Shown here one piece after another: positions 9,124 through 21,926 of a stretch of 64,000 nucleotides of DNA. The first letter of the stretch is position 1. Every line of letters begins with the position of its first letter. The notes beneath the pieces are model-generated. The model was given only the letters and a program-made list of their open reading frames with translations, did no database searches and was not told where the DNA came from. The DNA is from an uncultured Desulfosarcina sp. (lineage in GTDB: Bacteria > Desulfobacterota > Desulfobacteria > Desulfobacterales > Desulfosarcinaceae): positions 800,001-864,000 of the forward strand of contig CAXXWQ010000003.1 in assembly GCA_963674945.2 (NCBI GenBank), written 5' to 3'. Made by a program: the position numbers and the translations under genes.

Positions 9124-12100
9124 TTTCTAAGCCGCCTGTGCGGCGGTGAACTGAGTCTCAACGAACTACAAAACCGATTTGCTTTTCTAAGCCGCCTGTG
9201 CGGCGGTGAACCCGTTGGTGTTCGAGGACATGACCGGGCTTGCTTTCTAAGCCGCCTGTGCGGCGGTGAACTAATTGTGTTCCTCACATTGGTGTTGATT
9301 TATTTTCTAAGCCGCCTGTGCGGCGGTGAACTTTTTGCTGCTATTTTATCGGTATAGCCTGACTTTCTAAGCCGCCTGTGCGGCGGTGAACGAATTTACT
9401 GTAAAAATCACCGACAGATTGCATTTCTAAGCCGCCTGTGCGGCGGTGAACAAATCCACTGGTATCCGCAACAGCGGGATACGTTTCTAAGCCGCCTGTG
9501 CGGCGGTGAACTTTTCCACCAGTCACACGTTCACCATACCGGTTTTCTAAGCCGCCTGTGCGGCGGTGAACGGGAGATCTAAAAATGGCAATCCATTATG
9601 CAATTTCTAAGCCGCCTGTGCGGCGGTGAACTCCATTGTTTTGCTTTTACGGTTGGCTATAGCTTTCTAAGCCGCCTGTGCGGCGGTGAACTTTTTTTGG
9701 AATGACCAGGCCTGCATCTTTCTTTTCTAAGCCGCCTGTGCGGCGGTGAACACGCCTTTTGTTTGCCTCCCTTCATTTCTTCTTTTCTAAGCCGCCTGTG
9801 CGGCGGTGAACGAAGCCCGTCTGATCTGGCAAAGAAGAGAACCTTTCTAAGCCGCCTGTGCGGCGGTGAACGATCTTACCTGACAGGTTATTCGGATGAT
9901 GTATTTCTAAGCCGCCTGTGCGGCGGTGAACCAGCTCGCCGTCGATCGAGACAGGTCCGATCTTTTCTAAGCCGCCTGTGCGGCGGTGAACCTGCCGGTG
10001 ATCTGTGCAGTGCTGCCGCCATGTTTCTAAGCCGCCTGTGCGGCGGTGAACATATTTGAACCAGACAGGACAGCAGAAGAAACTTTCTAAGCCGCCTGTG
10101 CGGCGGTGAACACCATAGTGATATTTTTTCGACCGGTTTCGACTTTCTAAGCCGCCTGTGCGGCGGTGAACGACTATTGCAATTATGATCACGCCGACAT
10201 AGATTTCTAAGCCGCCTGTGCGGCGGTGAACACGACCAGCGTCTCACCGTCATAAACAGCGTATTTCTAAGCCGCCTGTGCGGCGGTGAACAGACCGGGT
10301 CCGAGCGTGTATCCGATGAAACATTTCTAAGCCGCCTGTGCGGCGGTGAACAGGAATATAAACGAGCGACTCGATTACCAACTTTTCTAAGCCGCCTGTG
10401 CGGCGGTGAACGGGCCTGTAAAACCACCGTCGATATAATTATTTTTCTAAGCCGCCTGTGCGGCGGTGAACCGCATTGGGAGGCATGGGAGAAAGATGAG
10501 AACTTTCTAAGCCGCCTGTGCGGCGGTGAACTTGTTTTGATTGCCATGCTGTTCGGTTGTGCTTTTCTAAGCCGCCTGTGCGGCGGTGAACTCACCCGCT
10601 TCAACCGATAGGGGATACGCATTTTTCTAAGCCGCCTGTGCGGCGGTGAACTGTGTTTCCGGGCGCCTTTTGAAGTCCTGATATTTCTAAGCCGCCTGTG
10701 CGGCGGTGAACGAGCAACAGGATTCGAAAAACGCCTCTATTCGTTTCTAAGCCGCCTGTGCGGCGGTGAACTGAAGAGTGTATGGCGGAGGAGAAGGACG
10801 GGAATTTCTAAGCCGCCTGTGCGGCGGTGAACTTATTTGAATGAAGAAAATCTCGCAGCGACATTTTCTAAGCCGCCTGTGCGGCGGTGAACCGCCGTCT
10901 GCATAACCAAAATCCAATAACGGATTTCTAAGCCGCCTGTGCGGCGGTGAACGCGAAGGAGACGTGTTTTGTGGATAGGAGACATTTCTAAGCCGCCTGT
11001 GCGGCGGTGAACTAAATGTTTATGGATTTAAAAATTTTGATTATTTTCTAAGCCGCCTGTGCGGCGGTGAACGTACGCCGGAATCGAGCGTAGCGGCTCC
11101 GGTATTTCTAAGCCGCCTGTGCGGCGGTGAACTAGGCATTTCAAAACCTAACCATTATCAAGGATTTCTAAGCCGCCTGTGCGGCGGTGAACTGAAACAC
11201 AACGCAAGGAGTTTTTAGCGTGGATTTCTAAGCCGCCTGTGCGGCGGTGAACCTTTGCTGTGACTTGGTTAAGCTGAGATAAGTTTTCTAAGCCGCCTGT
11301 GCGGCGGTGAACTGATAGGAAAAAGGCGAAAAAAGGCGAAAAAATTTCTAAGCCGCCTGTGCGGCGGTGAACATCTGGTATAACCCATCCACGCCATTGC
11401 GTAATTTCTAAGCCGCCTGTGCGGCGGTGAACTTCATTGCATTGTCAATGCATCGATAAAAGAATTTCTAAGCCGCCTGTGCGGCGGTGAACTAGGTATG
11501 GGATTTTTTGAAATCCCTTTGGATTTTCTAAGCCGCCTGTGCGGCGGTGAACTCGATCCATGAAACGCTGGGCCGTGTTTTGCGTTTCTAAGCCGCCTGT
11601 GCGGCGGTGAACTGGTGGAAAACCCGGAAGAACTCAGCGCAACGTTTCTAAGCCGCCTGTGCGGCGGTGAACTGCCTGTGCAGCACCAGAATAGTCAGCG
11701 TTCATTTCTAAGCCGCCTGTGCGGCGGTGAACCATGGCGGCCGTGATGACTGCTGATATGACCAGTTTCTAAGCCGCCTGTGCGGCGGTGAACTCGAGCC
11801 AAACAAAACAGCAGAAGTAACGGACTTTCTAAGCCGCCTGTGCGGCGGTGAACTATCGGGATCAAATTGATCCGTGAATAGTGTTCTTTCTAAGCCGCCT
11901 GTGCGGCGGTGAACATGATGGTTAGGTGTTTAAACATTTATTACGATTTCTAAGCCGCCTGTGCGGCGGTGAACTTAGGCTTGTCCACAATGCAATCCAA
12001 CATTGTTTTCTAAGCCGCCTGTGCGGCGGTGAACTCTCCGTTCCGTATCCCGCTGTAAGCCAACAATTTCTAAGCCGCCTGTGCGGCGGTGAACAGGCAG

Positions 12101-15100
12101 CATGACTGCCATTGATTTAAACAGCCTTTCTAAGCCGCCTGTGCGGCGGTGAACTTCGGCAATCGCGGCGGTTGCCACGATTTTACTTTCTAAGCCGCCT
12201 GTGCGGCGGTGAACCGCGGAGGACGCCATCGCCGACATCAACGGTGTTTCTAAGCCGCCTGTGCGGCGGTGAACGTGTCCGGAGCGATAAAATCAGACGT
12301 CAGCATTTTCTAAGCCGCCTGTGCGGCGGTGAACAAAACAGGACAATGGAAGGTCCTCCACCTCTGTTTCTAAGCCGCCTGTGCGGCGGTGAACAAATAC
12401 ATGGTCGATGGTAAAAGTTGGTCGACTTTCTAAGCCGCCTGTGCGGCGGTGAACGTTTCGAGAACGCCGAGGAGACCTATGACGTGTTTCTAAGCCGCCT
12501 GTGCGGCGGTGAACGCATTTTTATGAGATGCAGCAACTTGCCAGCCTTTCTAAGCCGCCTGTGCGGCGGTGAACACTGAACCTGTACCCGACACTGAAAT
12601 CCGTCATTTCTAAGCCGCCTGTGCGGCGGTGAACTGGAATGACCATGCTGGTTGATATGTTTCATTTTTCTAAGCCGCCTGTGCGGCGGTGAACCCAATG
12701 GGTATGAGTACAACGGCACGGTATCCTTTCTAAGCCGCCTGTGCGGCGGTGAACCCATCCAGTCGGTAACCATCGATAAAAATGCATTTCTAAGCCGCCT
12801 GTGCGGCGGTGAACTCCCAGGAGGGACTTATCGTCACCATCGGTACTTTCTAAGCCGCCTGTGCGGCGGTGAACCGGGAGGGATTGCAGCGTGCTGTGCG
12901 GTGTCCTTTCTAAGCCGCCTGTGCGGCGGTGAACGATCTTTTCATCGAAAGCACGAACAAACGATTTTTCTAAGCCGCCTGTGCGGCGGTGAACTATTCA
13001 GACATCACGAACCCCTTTCTGATCTTTTTCTAAGCCGCCTGTGCGGCGGTGAACTTGAGTATGCATTCAGCAGCTCGACGAAGTATTTTCTAAGCCGCCT
13101 GTGCGGCGGTGAACTACCGCTGACCGAAGATTTGTTTTTTACCCACTTTCTAAGCCGCCTGTGCGGCGGTGAACTACGGGATTTCAAGGAACCCCTTGAT
13201 GCCTGTTTTCTAAGCCGCCTGTGCGGCGGTGAACCCACCGGACCGAGTGCCAGACATCGGCCGCCTTTTCTAAGCCGCCTGTGCGGCGGTGAACGCATCG
13301 AAATCAAGAGCGTTCAACACACACAATTTCTAAGCCGCCTGTGCGGCGGTGAACGACGGCGGCAGCGGTACAACCCTCTATGTCAATTTCTAAGCCGCCT
13401 GTGCGGCGGTGAACTTGTTTACGGCTATCCGGTATCCAATGTTTCTTTTCTAAGCCGCCTGTGCGGCGGTGAACTAAACTGCGATCGCAATGACGGCGGG
13501 ATCATTTTTCTAAGCCGCCTGTGCGGCGGTGAACCCGAAGGACGTTCTCGTGGCGCTCATCGAGAATTTCTAAGCCGCCTGTGCGGCGGTGAACGGTACG
13601 ACATCCCAGCAAAAAACCATGCCATTTTTCTAAGCCGCCTGTGCGGCGGTGAACAGGTTGGTCACTGCCGTATCTGTCAGATCGTCTTTCTAAGCCGCCT
13701 GTGCGGCGGTGAACGCTCATTTCACCGGCGATTTGATGTCTGGAAATTTCTAAGCCGCCTGTGCGGCGGTGAACTCCCACCAAGTACGTTCCAGGGTTAT
13801 TTAAACTTTCTAAGCCGCCTGTGCGGCGGTGAACGGCAGGGTAGCCACGGATAGACCTTCCATAGATTTCTAAGCCGCCTGTGCGGCGGTGAACCATTCG
13901 GACTACGGATTCGAATCGTTTTTCCTTTTCTAAGCCGCCTGTGCGGCGGTGAACACGATAAACTCGTGGTCCAGGACAAAAAAACTTTTCTAAGCCGCCT
14001 GTGCGGCGGTGAACATAAACAAGGCATCTTAACTACGACGATTACGTTTCTAAGCCGCCTGTGCGGCGGTGAACTGAAACCGATATTGGGAAAGGAATTA
14101 TTACAATTTCTAAGCCGCCTGTGCGGCGGTGAACCTTCTTGCCCATGCTGAACAGTTCCCTGCGAATTTCTAAGCCGCCTGTGCGGCGGTGAACGATTCG
14201 TTTGCGACTCAGAGGTGAGCGGAAACTTTCTAAGCCGCCTGTGCGGCGGTGAACGCTTGGGTCTTTTGTTTTCACAGATTTAATACTTTCTAAGCCGCCT
14301 GTGCGGCGGTGAACCCTTTGTTGAGTTTTAAAACAATATCAGTGGATTTCTAAGCCGCCTGTGCGGCGGTGAACATCGGAGGCGCGTGATGGATCGTGAA
14401 AACCTCTTTCTAAGCCGCCTGTGCGGCGGTGAACTCTCCGAGCGTTGGCGACATCGAATTTCCACTTTTCTAAGCCGCCTGTGCGGCGGTGAACGTACCG
14501 GTGGGGCCGGTCGTTCAGCTCTTCCATTTCTAAGCCGCCTGTGCGGCGGTGAACAAAGCGAAACACATTTTAGGAGGTGATTAAAATTTCTAAGCCGCCT
14601 GTGCGGCGGTGAACTCCTTATCGCCCATTACCTCTGCAAGATTGTTTTTCTAAGCCGCCTGTGCGGCGGTGAACGATCCACTGGCGGGTGAAGGACGGCC
14701 TTACCCTTTCTAAGCCGCCTGTGCGGCGGTGAACTCGGGCGATGGCAGAGGCGCGTGGCACCGGCTTTTCTAAGCCGCCTGTGCGGCGGTGAACCCCACA
14801 ACTGCAAGGAACCTATGGCAATTCGTTTTCTAAGCCGCCTGTGCGGCGGTGAACATATCGGCATCGCCGGATTAAGTAATAGCGATTTTCTAAGCCGCCT
14901 GTGCGGCGGTGAACTGGCTAAAGCTGCGATAAAGTGTAAGCATTGCTTTCTAAGCCGCCTGTGCGGCGGTGAACGCGATCATGTCTGGGATAGTCCGGAT
15001 CCATCCTTTCTAAGCCGCCTGTGCGGCGGTGAACAATGACAAGGCGCTGGTGGTAGCCAATCTGCATTTCTAAGCCGCCTGTGCGGCGGTGAACCATCGT

Positions 15101-15334
15101 TTTTCGTTGTATCGTTTCAGCTTACTTTTCTAAGCCGCCTGTGCGGCGGTGAACCTCGGGTGAACGGTAAGTCCCCGGCCGACAACTTTCTAAGCCGCCT
15201 GTGCGGCGGTGAACACATCGGGTTGCCGGTGTCTGTCTCACAACAATTTCTAAGCCGCCTGTGCGGCGGTGAACAGTTTTGTATCAGCCGGAATTGCATC
15301 AATAATTTTCTAAGCCGCCTGTGCGGCGGTGAAC
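9124..15334 (-). CRISPR. Type I-F CRISPR array, 104 repeats / 103 spacers
   Basis: 28-bp repeat GTTCACCGCCGCACAGGCGGCTTAGAAA (minus strand), 60-bp period, 32-nt spacers (three of 33 nt). Confidence 0.99.
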
Positions 15335-15462
15335 TGGAAACTTTGAATGTAAATCAGTGCAAAGACAAAAGGTTATCACGATATACCCGGATAACCCCAA
15401 AAATATTTCATGGAGGTAACCCATTAATAATTCACCAATTTTTCAAAGAGCATTTTTTTTGG
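15335..15462 (-). promoter_or_regulatory. CRISPR leader
   Basis: AT-rich 128 bp between the cas6f stop and the first repeat in transcription orientation. Confidence 0.8.
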
Positions 15463-16041
15463 TTAAAATAAAGGTACAGTGGTTGTATTACTCAAGCCAT
15501 AGCATGAAAACAATCCTTCCCTCGGCAATTCCATTTCCTGCTTTTTGATAAACATTCGAAAATGATGACCGTTCGATTGACTGATCATGTTGATATATGG
15601 CAACCGACATCGTCGCTCATTGTAATTATCATAATGCGCCAAGGCTTTTTCGAAGGATTCCCTCTTGCGCTTGGCCCAGCGGCGGGCCAGTTTTTCTTTA
15701 CTGCCCTTGGGTTTTACCTGCCGGAAATTGGCATGGCTGACCACTACTTCCGGCACCGAAGAAATCTTGCCGCACTGCAAATAATCTTTAAGGCGGCTTA
15801 ACCATTTCTCACACTGCAACTGTTCCAACACCGGCTTTTCCAGCGCAAACAGACGCAACTTTGTTCCTAATAGATAATGACCGGCGTCATATTCCGGAAA
15901 AGAAACCCCAATGGCCGACGCATGTTTATCGACATTGTTCTCCACCAGGGCCAGGTGTATTTGCTGATAGAGCTTCTGCCAGAAGTCGTATAGGCCGATA
16001 TTGGCCCGGTGCAGCAATGATATTTCTTGATAGTATCTCAT
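15463..16041 (-). CDS. cas6f: crRNA endoribonuclease Cas6f (Csy4)
   Basis: IHLALV, IGVSFPEY, Arg-rich helix, FSCYGLS...TVPLF C-terminus. Confidence 0.96.
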   Translation of the reverse strand: MRYYQEISLLHRANIGLYDFWQKLYQQIHLALVENNVDKHASAIGVSFPEYDAGHYLLGTKLRLFALEKPVLEQLQCEKWLSRLKDYLQCGKISSVPEVVVSHANFRQVKPKGSKEKLARRWAKRKRESFEKALAHYDNYNERRCRLPYINMISQSNGHHFRMFIKKQEMELPREGLFSCYGLSNTTTVPLF

Positions 16042-17072
16042 CAGTTCCTAACCTCCCTGGTGTCAATCTTGGTAACATAGGCTATCCCTTTTTTGCCCAG
16101 GTAGAAGCTGGACACCCCGGCATTTTCTATCAGGGTTTTAATCTCTTTGGCTTTTTCACGACCAACATCTATTGTGATATCAAGTTGACCGCTGGCTTTG
16201 GTCATCATGGAAATGATTTCACCCTCACCAGCTATTCTTTCCTTCCGAATATAAGGGTTTCCCCAGACCAATTTTTTATGCCCCGTGGTAAAACGATCCA
16301 TAAAATCCTTTTTTGTAAAAATCCTTTTTGAAATTCCACTTATGTTTCCCGACTTTGTTAGAGCGGAAGACATATCAAATTGCTCGGTTAGTCTTTCCAA
16401 CTGCAAATAAAGCGCAGAGCAATAAACGGTTGAAGGCACAATCTTTCCAGATTTGTTAAGATAATTTGTTCCTGGGAAATGACCATCCAAAATGCCTATA
16501 GCCTCTTGGAATATACCCTCTTTTTCAACCGTTTTGATCTTGGCTAACTCATCAAACCGTTCACAAATTACAAGAGGATCAAGCTCTATCACGCCATTGA
16601 CTTTGGTATTGTTGATAATATAAGCGCAAAGCTTATCAAAATCTAAAGCCAGCACGCCCCAAAACTCCGTGGAATAGTCAGATTGGAAAATAACATCTTT
16701 CGTCTTTATCATGCCGGTAAAAGAGTTTTGATCCGTGCTACCGGTGATATTCCGAATATAGGTTACCTCATTGGTTACTGTCGCTCTGTCTTCAAAAGTA
16801 ACAGAAGGCTCAATCTGGCGAAAATAGTATACCTTATCATGACGCGATTGATATAGCTTCCTCTGATCACCAATCAAGCGGTTCAACACGCCCATAACGG
16901 TGTCAATAGTGACCGCCCTTTTTATAAAATTCTCAGTTTGGGTGCTGGAATTCAGATTCCTTCCTGAAGCAATAAATTTTCTGCCTTTTTTAGGTAGTGG
17001 TTTATTGTTGCCATCGGGATCTTCCAGGAAAGAGTTGCGCCAGGATGATTCGTATTCAATCTCAATCTTCAT
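16041..17072 (-). CDS. cas5fv: Type I-F2 Cas5fv
   Basis: [16 protein letters not shown] and [18 protein letters not shown], recognisable Cas5fv motifs. Confidence 0.93.
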   Translation of the reverse strand: MKIEIEYESSWRNSFLEDPDGNNKPLPKKGRKFIASGRNLNSSTQTENFIKRAVTIDTVMGVLNRLIGDQRKLYQSRHDKVYYFRQIEPSVTFEDRATVTNEVTYIRNITGSTDQNSFTGMIKTKDVIFQSDYSTEFWGVLALDFDKLCAYIINNTKVNGVIELDPLVICERFDELAKIKTVEKEGIFQEAIGILDGHFPGTNYLNKSGKIVPSTVYCSALYLQLERLTEQFDMSSALTKSGNISGISKRIFTKKDFMDRFTTGHKKLVWGNPYIRKERIAGEGEIISMMTKASGQLDITIDVGREKAKEIKTLIENAGVSSFYLGKKGIAYVTKIDTREVRN

Positions 17073-17081
17073 GACAAACTC

Positions 17082-18032
17082 CTATTTGGCATAAAAATAG
17101 ACGGCATAGTCGAACTGCGGCTTATTGTTTATCTGGTCAGGGGCACGCTTAATCCGCATCATTTTAGCGCTGTCGTTATAGTCCACCGTCACTTCATCAA
17201 CATACATATAAGCCTTTGCCTGTCTGATGGATAACGCTTCGATCTTCTGGATGGTTGTCTCTACCAAAATTTGAATGGCGTCCTGATCAAGCAGAATACC
17301 GTTTTCTCCCTCTTCAAATATAGTACCGTTGCGAACATAGTTTGCATGAAAAGTGGCTTTCGGAGACAGTTGCGGGTTTAATGACTGGATATAGTCCTGC
17401 ACCAACTGTGCGACTTCCTCTCCTTGGCCTTCCTTTATTACCATTGCCGCTCGGTCGAATTTTTTATCCAAAGAAATAAACTGGAGTTGTTCAACACTGA
17501 TTGAACCGTAAGAGATATATTCCGTATCACCAAAGGTGGTTTTGGAAAAAAATGAGGAACTGTCTCTTTCTCCAGCCTGCCCGAACTGTTCAAAATTACC
17601 ATTACCTAATTGATCAACAAAGTCCTCAATCAATACAGGGCTGGTTCGTTTGCACTGACTGGAGGGAACGACATAACCACGAATAAGGCCGGTCAGTGAG
17701 GCTATCACCTTTTCAAGGTTTTTATCCTTTGCGTAATGCATGTCATACGCCTGTTCACGAAATAAGTGATGACGAATACAGTTTTGACTGATGTATAAAG
17801 GGGTTTCTTTAAAATTTATATCCGTAGGCTCCTTGCGGTATTTATAGCCGGTATCTTTCACCTTTCCCGACAAGTTGGTATAGCCCCGTAATTTAGGCAA
17901 GGTATGGTTGTCAACTGTGGCCCCATTTTCTTGAGCAAGGTTTGTCGGGCCATTCCAGTTGACCACACCGTGCCCAAGTGCCTTAATCTTAAAATCCACG
18001 CTTTTGATGCCTTCAATTTTTATTGTCTGCAT
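17082..18032 (-). CDS. cas7fv: Type I-F2 Cas7fv
   Basis: [46 protein letters not shown] 18032 follows GGAGGAG. Confidence 0.94.
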   Translation of the reverse strand: MQTIKIEGIKSVDFKIKALGHGVVNWNGPTNLAQENGATVDNHTLPKLRGYTNLSGKVKDTGYKYRKEPTDINFKETPLYISQNCIRHHLFREQAYDMHYAKDKNLEKVIASLTGLIRGYVVPSSQCKRTSPVLIEDFVDQLGNGNFEQFGQAGERDSSSFFSKTTFGDTEYISYGSISVEQLQFISLDKKFDRAAMVIKEGQGEEVAQLVQDYIQSLNPQLSPKATFHANYVRNGTIFEEGENGILLDQDAIQILVETTIQKIEALSIRQAKAYMYVDEVTVDYNDSAKMMRIKRAPDQINNKPQFDYAVYFYAK

Positions 18033-18033
18033 G

Positions 18034-20955
18034 TTACTCTCCTCCATGATTGAGTTGTGTTAATGAAATCGCGCCAATGGGTTGTTTCTCCCCTATGGCA
18101 TAGTAAATGGCATAAGTATGTGGCTCGGCTTCCACCAGTTTTAAATCATCGGGCGTGTAGCTTAAATAGATTGGTTTTTCAGGGCTTCTGGCTTCATTGA
18201 GCAATTGAACGTCTTTATATGCTTTTTTAACCTGTTTGATGTTGTGGTGTTTCTTGGCCATAAAAGCCAATAAATTCTTAGCTGAGGCGCCATGGCCACA
18301 AATGCTTTCTACGGCAAAAGTAAAACTCTCCTCAGACTTATCTTCTGGATAAGCATAATCATTGCACATTTCAAAAAGATCGCGATTTTTTATGTTACAA
18401 ACCGCCATCTGCACAAAACGACTATCGCCGCGCAAGGAATGTTTTTTGATCTTTATTTTGCCGACTTCTTTTTTATATGACGGCAGTGTGACCGGATCGA
18501 AAAGATTTGCGTCAAGCTTAATGACGCTTTCTTTAAGGGCGTCAACCAGATCCTGTTCGACAAAATTTCGGCAGTGCTCGTCGGCGTAAAAGTCATTATA
18601 AAGTTTATAAATTTTATTAATGGTGAGAGGTTTTTCCGACAACTCGTTTTGCAGAAAATCAAACCAGACTTTGGCACTTTGCAGGCTTTTAAGTGAGTTT
18701 AAAAACCGGGCGCTGCTTCCTTTTGCATTCCCTCTTTTTATATCTCCTGTTACAGCAATCACATATTGATTAACCTTCTGGTTTTGGCCAAATCGATCCA
18801 GACGGCCCAATCTTTGTAAAAAATTTTCAGCCAGAGTCATCTCGCTGATCATTTTATCGCAGGTAATGTTGAGCGAAGCCTGCACTATCGGTCCACTGCG
18901 CAATATGTCGTAATCTTTACTGCCGTCTTCCTTAAATGAGGTGAAAACTTTTTCAAAAAGGTCTTCTCGGTCTGATTTTTTGAACTTTGAATGAAGCAGG
19001 ATACCGTTTTCTATATTCTGATGATCAATAAAGCTCTTTTGGGCAATAATAGCGGTGTTGCTGATGACAAAGGTGTTATCCGGCTGTTCTTGAAACAACG
19101 GGTTGGTGTCGTCTTCTTTTGTCTCATCGTATTCGACAAACTCTATCCGGTACTGGCTGTTGTTAAAGCTGTCAATGCCGATGATGTCATGCTTTGGCAG
19201 TTGTAAAAATTTCGTGATAAACAATGGATGGGGCGTAGCTGACACGAGCAGCGTGTTGGGCAATGTTTGATCTTCTTTTTGCCGATACCTTTTACACTGC
19301 ACCAGTTCGGCAAACAGCAGATTAAAGGCCGGCATGGTGATATATTCGTGATACTCATCAAAAACGACATGGGCATCCATAAAATCTACCAGCGTGGTGA
19401 CATTGCGGTGGGTGGTAATGGAATTTATGATCTGATCGATGGTGGTGATAACAATATCACCTGTAAACTCATGGCCTTCAGGCGTTTCAACCGGTTTGCC
19501 GGATACCAGTGTCTGCTTGATATCTCCGGTACAGATCTCTATCTTTGCCTCCGGCAAATATTGATCGGAAGTTAAATCATAAAACAACCCTTGGCAAATT
19601 TGAACCCGCGGGCAGACCCAGAATATTTTCTTGGCTGCTGTGTTTAGCGCCCATTCCAGAGCAATTTTTGTTTTTCCACAGCCTGCTGGGCCTTTAAGAA
19701 CACCAACGGTGACTTCTTCATCCGCCAAATCTTTGGCGGCTTCAGCCTGCTGCCGGTTTCTCTCCATATCGGGATTATTCCGGTTAAACCCATCCAGACA
19801 GCGCTGAATATGTTGTTTTAATCCCCGATCTTTCTGAAACGCCTCATCAAGCAAGTCCTCTATTGTATGATTAACAATACGCCCATCAAGTGAATCTCCA
19901 AAAAATTTACTGGAAACCAATCGATCAGCAGTGATCAGGGCTGATCGCGCCAGATTATTGAGGGCATTATGTTGAATGTTATTTTTATACTTATCTATAG
20001 ATTCTTTTATCGAGTAACGTTTGTATGTGGGGAGATCACCTGTCTCAAGACTATCTTCAATACCGGCAAATGGAGGGATATTCAGGTTATCAATCTCTGC
20101 CGGAAGATTATCACCATAGTCATTGGCAATGGCTTGTACCGATCTTAAGATAGCAGCAGTTGAGGCTGTCAGTTTGGAATAGTCCTGTTCCAGGTTTTGA
20201 AGCTTATTATAAATACCGATAAGCTTTTTAATTTCATCATTTCGTTGTCTTATCGGCTTGGAATGATGCCAGTAGATGGCGTGTCCAATTCTATCAATGT
20301 ATGCGTTATCTGCTTTAGAAAATAGAGAAAAAAAGAGCAATGATATTTCGTTGTGACGAGGATGCTTTTGCCAAGAAAACTTGCCTGTCTTTTTATCAAT
20401 ATGCTGGCCTTCGTCCGGCACCTCCTCTAACTTATTATCCTTTAGTTTTTTACCTAACCAATCTTGAAAAGCAGGATCAATTTTACCGATATCATGCCAA
20501 CATCCAGCCACAAAAACGGCCTTTGCTAAGTGGTCATCTTCAGGAATCAACCGTTTGATAATTTTATAGGCGAGATAGCCCACCGCGAATAAATGCTGAT
20601 CCAACCGCTGGCCCTTGGTGTTGGCAAAAATTTTATCAGGCATAATTTCAATATCTCCTATAAATATTATCTTCTTGGTATAATTCACCGGCACCACCCC
20701 ATTCTCATCAAACTTACGTTTATTACCCACCACCCATAAGAACTGACTCCTTGAACGGCTCCTGATCCAGTGGCATGAGACCGCTGTACTCTTTGAGGCT
20801 GTCTGGCGAAGCATCTTTTTTACTGTTTTGAGGCCCTCTTCGGTGATGACCGTTTGCCAGGTGTTGTCTCCGATACGGTTGGCAAAGGCGTCGAGTACTC
20901 GGCGGGTTCGTTTGAGGGCTTTTTTCTCGCATTGGGAGATGAAGGTCACCATCAT
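18034..20955 (-). CDS. cas3f: Cas2-Cas3 fusion helicase/nuclease
   Basis: Cas2-like [15 protein letters not shown]-terminus, HD motif (WHDIGK), [20 protein letters not shown]. Confidence 0.97.
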   Translation of the reverse strand: MMVTFISQCEKKALKRTRRVLDAFANRIGDNTWQTVITEEGLKTVKKMLRQTASKSTAVSCHWIRSRSRSQFLWVVGNKRKFDENGVVPVNYTKKIIFIGDIEIMPDKIFANTKGQRLDQHLFAVGYLAYKIIKRLIPEDDHLAKAVFVAGCWHDIGKIDPAFQDWLGKKLKDNKLEEVPDEGQHIDKKTGKFSWQKHPRHNEISLLFFSLFSKADNAYIDRIGHAIYWHHSKPIRQRNDEIKKLIGIYNKLQNLEQDYSKLTASTAAILRSVQAIANDYGDNLPAEIDNLNIPPFAGIEDSLETGDLPTYKRYSIKESIDKYKNNIQHNALNNLARSALITADRLVSSKFFGDSLDGRIVNHTIEDLLDEAFQKDRGLKQHIQRCLDGFNRNNPDMERNRQQAEAAKDLADEEVTVGVLKGPAGCGKTKIALEWALNTAAKKIFWVCPRVQICQGLFYDLTSDQYLPEAKIEICTGDIKQTLVSGKPVETPEGHEFTGDIVITTIDQIINSITTHRNVTTLVDFMDAHVVFDEYHEYITMPAFNLLFAELVQCKRYRQKEDQTLPNTLLVSATPHPLFITKFLQLPKHDIIGIDSFNNSQYRIEFVEYDETKEDDTNPLFQEQPDNTFVISNTAIIAQKSFIDHQNIENGILLHSKFKKSDREDLFEKVFTSFKEDGSKDYDILRSGPIVQASLNITCDKMISEMTLAENFLQRLGRLDRFGQNQKVNQYVIAVTGDIKRGNAKGSSARFLNSLKSLQSAKVWFDFLQNELSEKPLTINKIYKLYNDFYADEHCRNFVEQDLVDALKESVIKLDANLFDPVTLPSYKKEVGKIKIKKHSLRGDSRFVQMAVCNIKNRDLFEMCNDYAYPEDKSEESFTFAVESICGHGASAKNLLAFMAKKHHNIKQVKKAYKDVQLLNEARSPEKPIYLSYTPDDLKLVEAEPHTYAIYYAIGEKQPIGAISLTQLNHGGE

Positions 20956-21926
20956 AATCGATCACCCTCCATGTTTTGCTCTTTGTTTTGAAGGGCGATA
21001 GCCTTGATTTGATCAAACATGGCGTCCAGGGCTTTGTGATCGGTAAATGCCTGAAGGCATTGTTGTCGGAATTCCTGTTCTGTGGCGTTCTCCTGGGCGC
21101 AGATAAAGGCCCAAGGTAGGACGACGGCATCTTTTACCAGATCGGCAATGTCAAAGACCAATGCGCCGCGACGGGTTTTTCCGTGCATGACAGCGAAACC
21201 ATGAGGTATGCCCAGAACCCATAGAGCGGATGCGGCAAGTCCATAAGCGAGATAGTTTCCGTGATTGAGAAAACCATTGGCCAGGTCTGTGGCTTCGTGT
21301 TGCCGAATAAAGCCGGTCATCTTTGTGTGCCGGACCGCAATTTTGTATAAATGCTTTGTTAGTTGGGCCTCTGAGGAAAGCAGATAAGTGGTCTCTGAGG
21401 CTGACTCAATCTGGGCTTCATTGGCATCCAATGCAGTTGAAATGGCTGGATCGCTTGAATCAAAGCCTGCCAACTTCAGTTCACGGTCCTTGTGCCAGAC
21501 TTTTCGCAAATAGTTGATGCGGGCACGTTGAAGCGCTTTGGCGGCAAATAGGCGCTGGTCTTTATCAAACCAGAAAGAGAGCCAGCCTTGCAAGTATTCA
21601 GTCGGACGGTATTCACTCTGAGGTGTAAACCATTCGATCTCGTTTCCCATGTATAATGGTGTTCCGCCGCCACCGCAGAATCCAATAAGGACTCCTGCCT
21701 GTGTAAGCATGCGCACAGCGGCCTGAGTGATGGAGGTTCCTGTACCCAAGAGGATGACCGTGGTGTTGGCAATAGGGATATTAAAATAGAGGTTGTCTTT
21801 TTTGGATTCGGTAAGATAGAGCACGCGTCCGTCTTTTTGCATGACTCGGCAATGCTCCAGGTAATACATGTTGGCCCGTTTGGAATGCAGAATCGTTTTT
21901 AAATCCGACGGTGAAAGATCATCCAT
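20952..21926 (-). CDS. cas1f: Type I-F Cas1 integrase
   Basis: ILHSKRANMYYLEHCRV, NIPIANTT, HGKTRRGALVFDIAD. Confidence 0.98.
   Translation of the reverse strand: MDDLSPSDLKTILHSKRANMYYLEHCRVMQKDGRVLYLTESKKDNLYFNIPIANTTVILLGTGTSITQAAVRMLTQAGVLIGFCGGGGTPLYMGNEIEWFTPQSEYRPTEYLQGWLSFWFDKDQRLFAAKALQRARINYLRKVWHKDRELKLAGFDSSDPAISTALDANEAQIESASETTYLLSSEAQLTKHLYKIAVRHTKMTGFIRQHEATDLANGFLNHGNYLAYGLAASALWVLGIPHGFAVMHGKTRRGALVFDIADLVKDAVVLPWAFICAQENATEQEFRQQCLQAFTDHKALDAMFDQIKAIALQNKEQNMEGDRL

Noticed and set aside
11313..11344. Spacer with an internal tandem repeat (AAAAAGGCG x2)
   Set aside because: Probably just reflects a repetitive protospacer; nothing else supports it
12652..13854. 400-aa ORF and other ORFs inside the CRISPR array
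   Set aside because: Artefact of the 60-bp period with a stop-free repeat frame (FLSRLCGGE); no RBS or protein family
9124..21926. CRISPR-associated transposon (CAST)
   Set aside because: Cas3 is intact and no tnsABC/tniQ genes or Tn7-like ends are present
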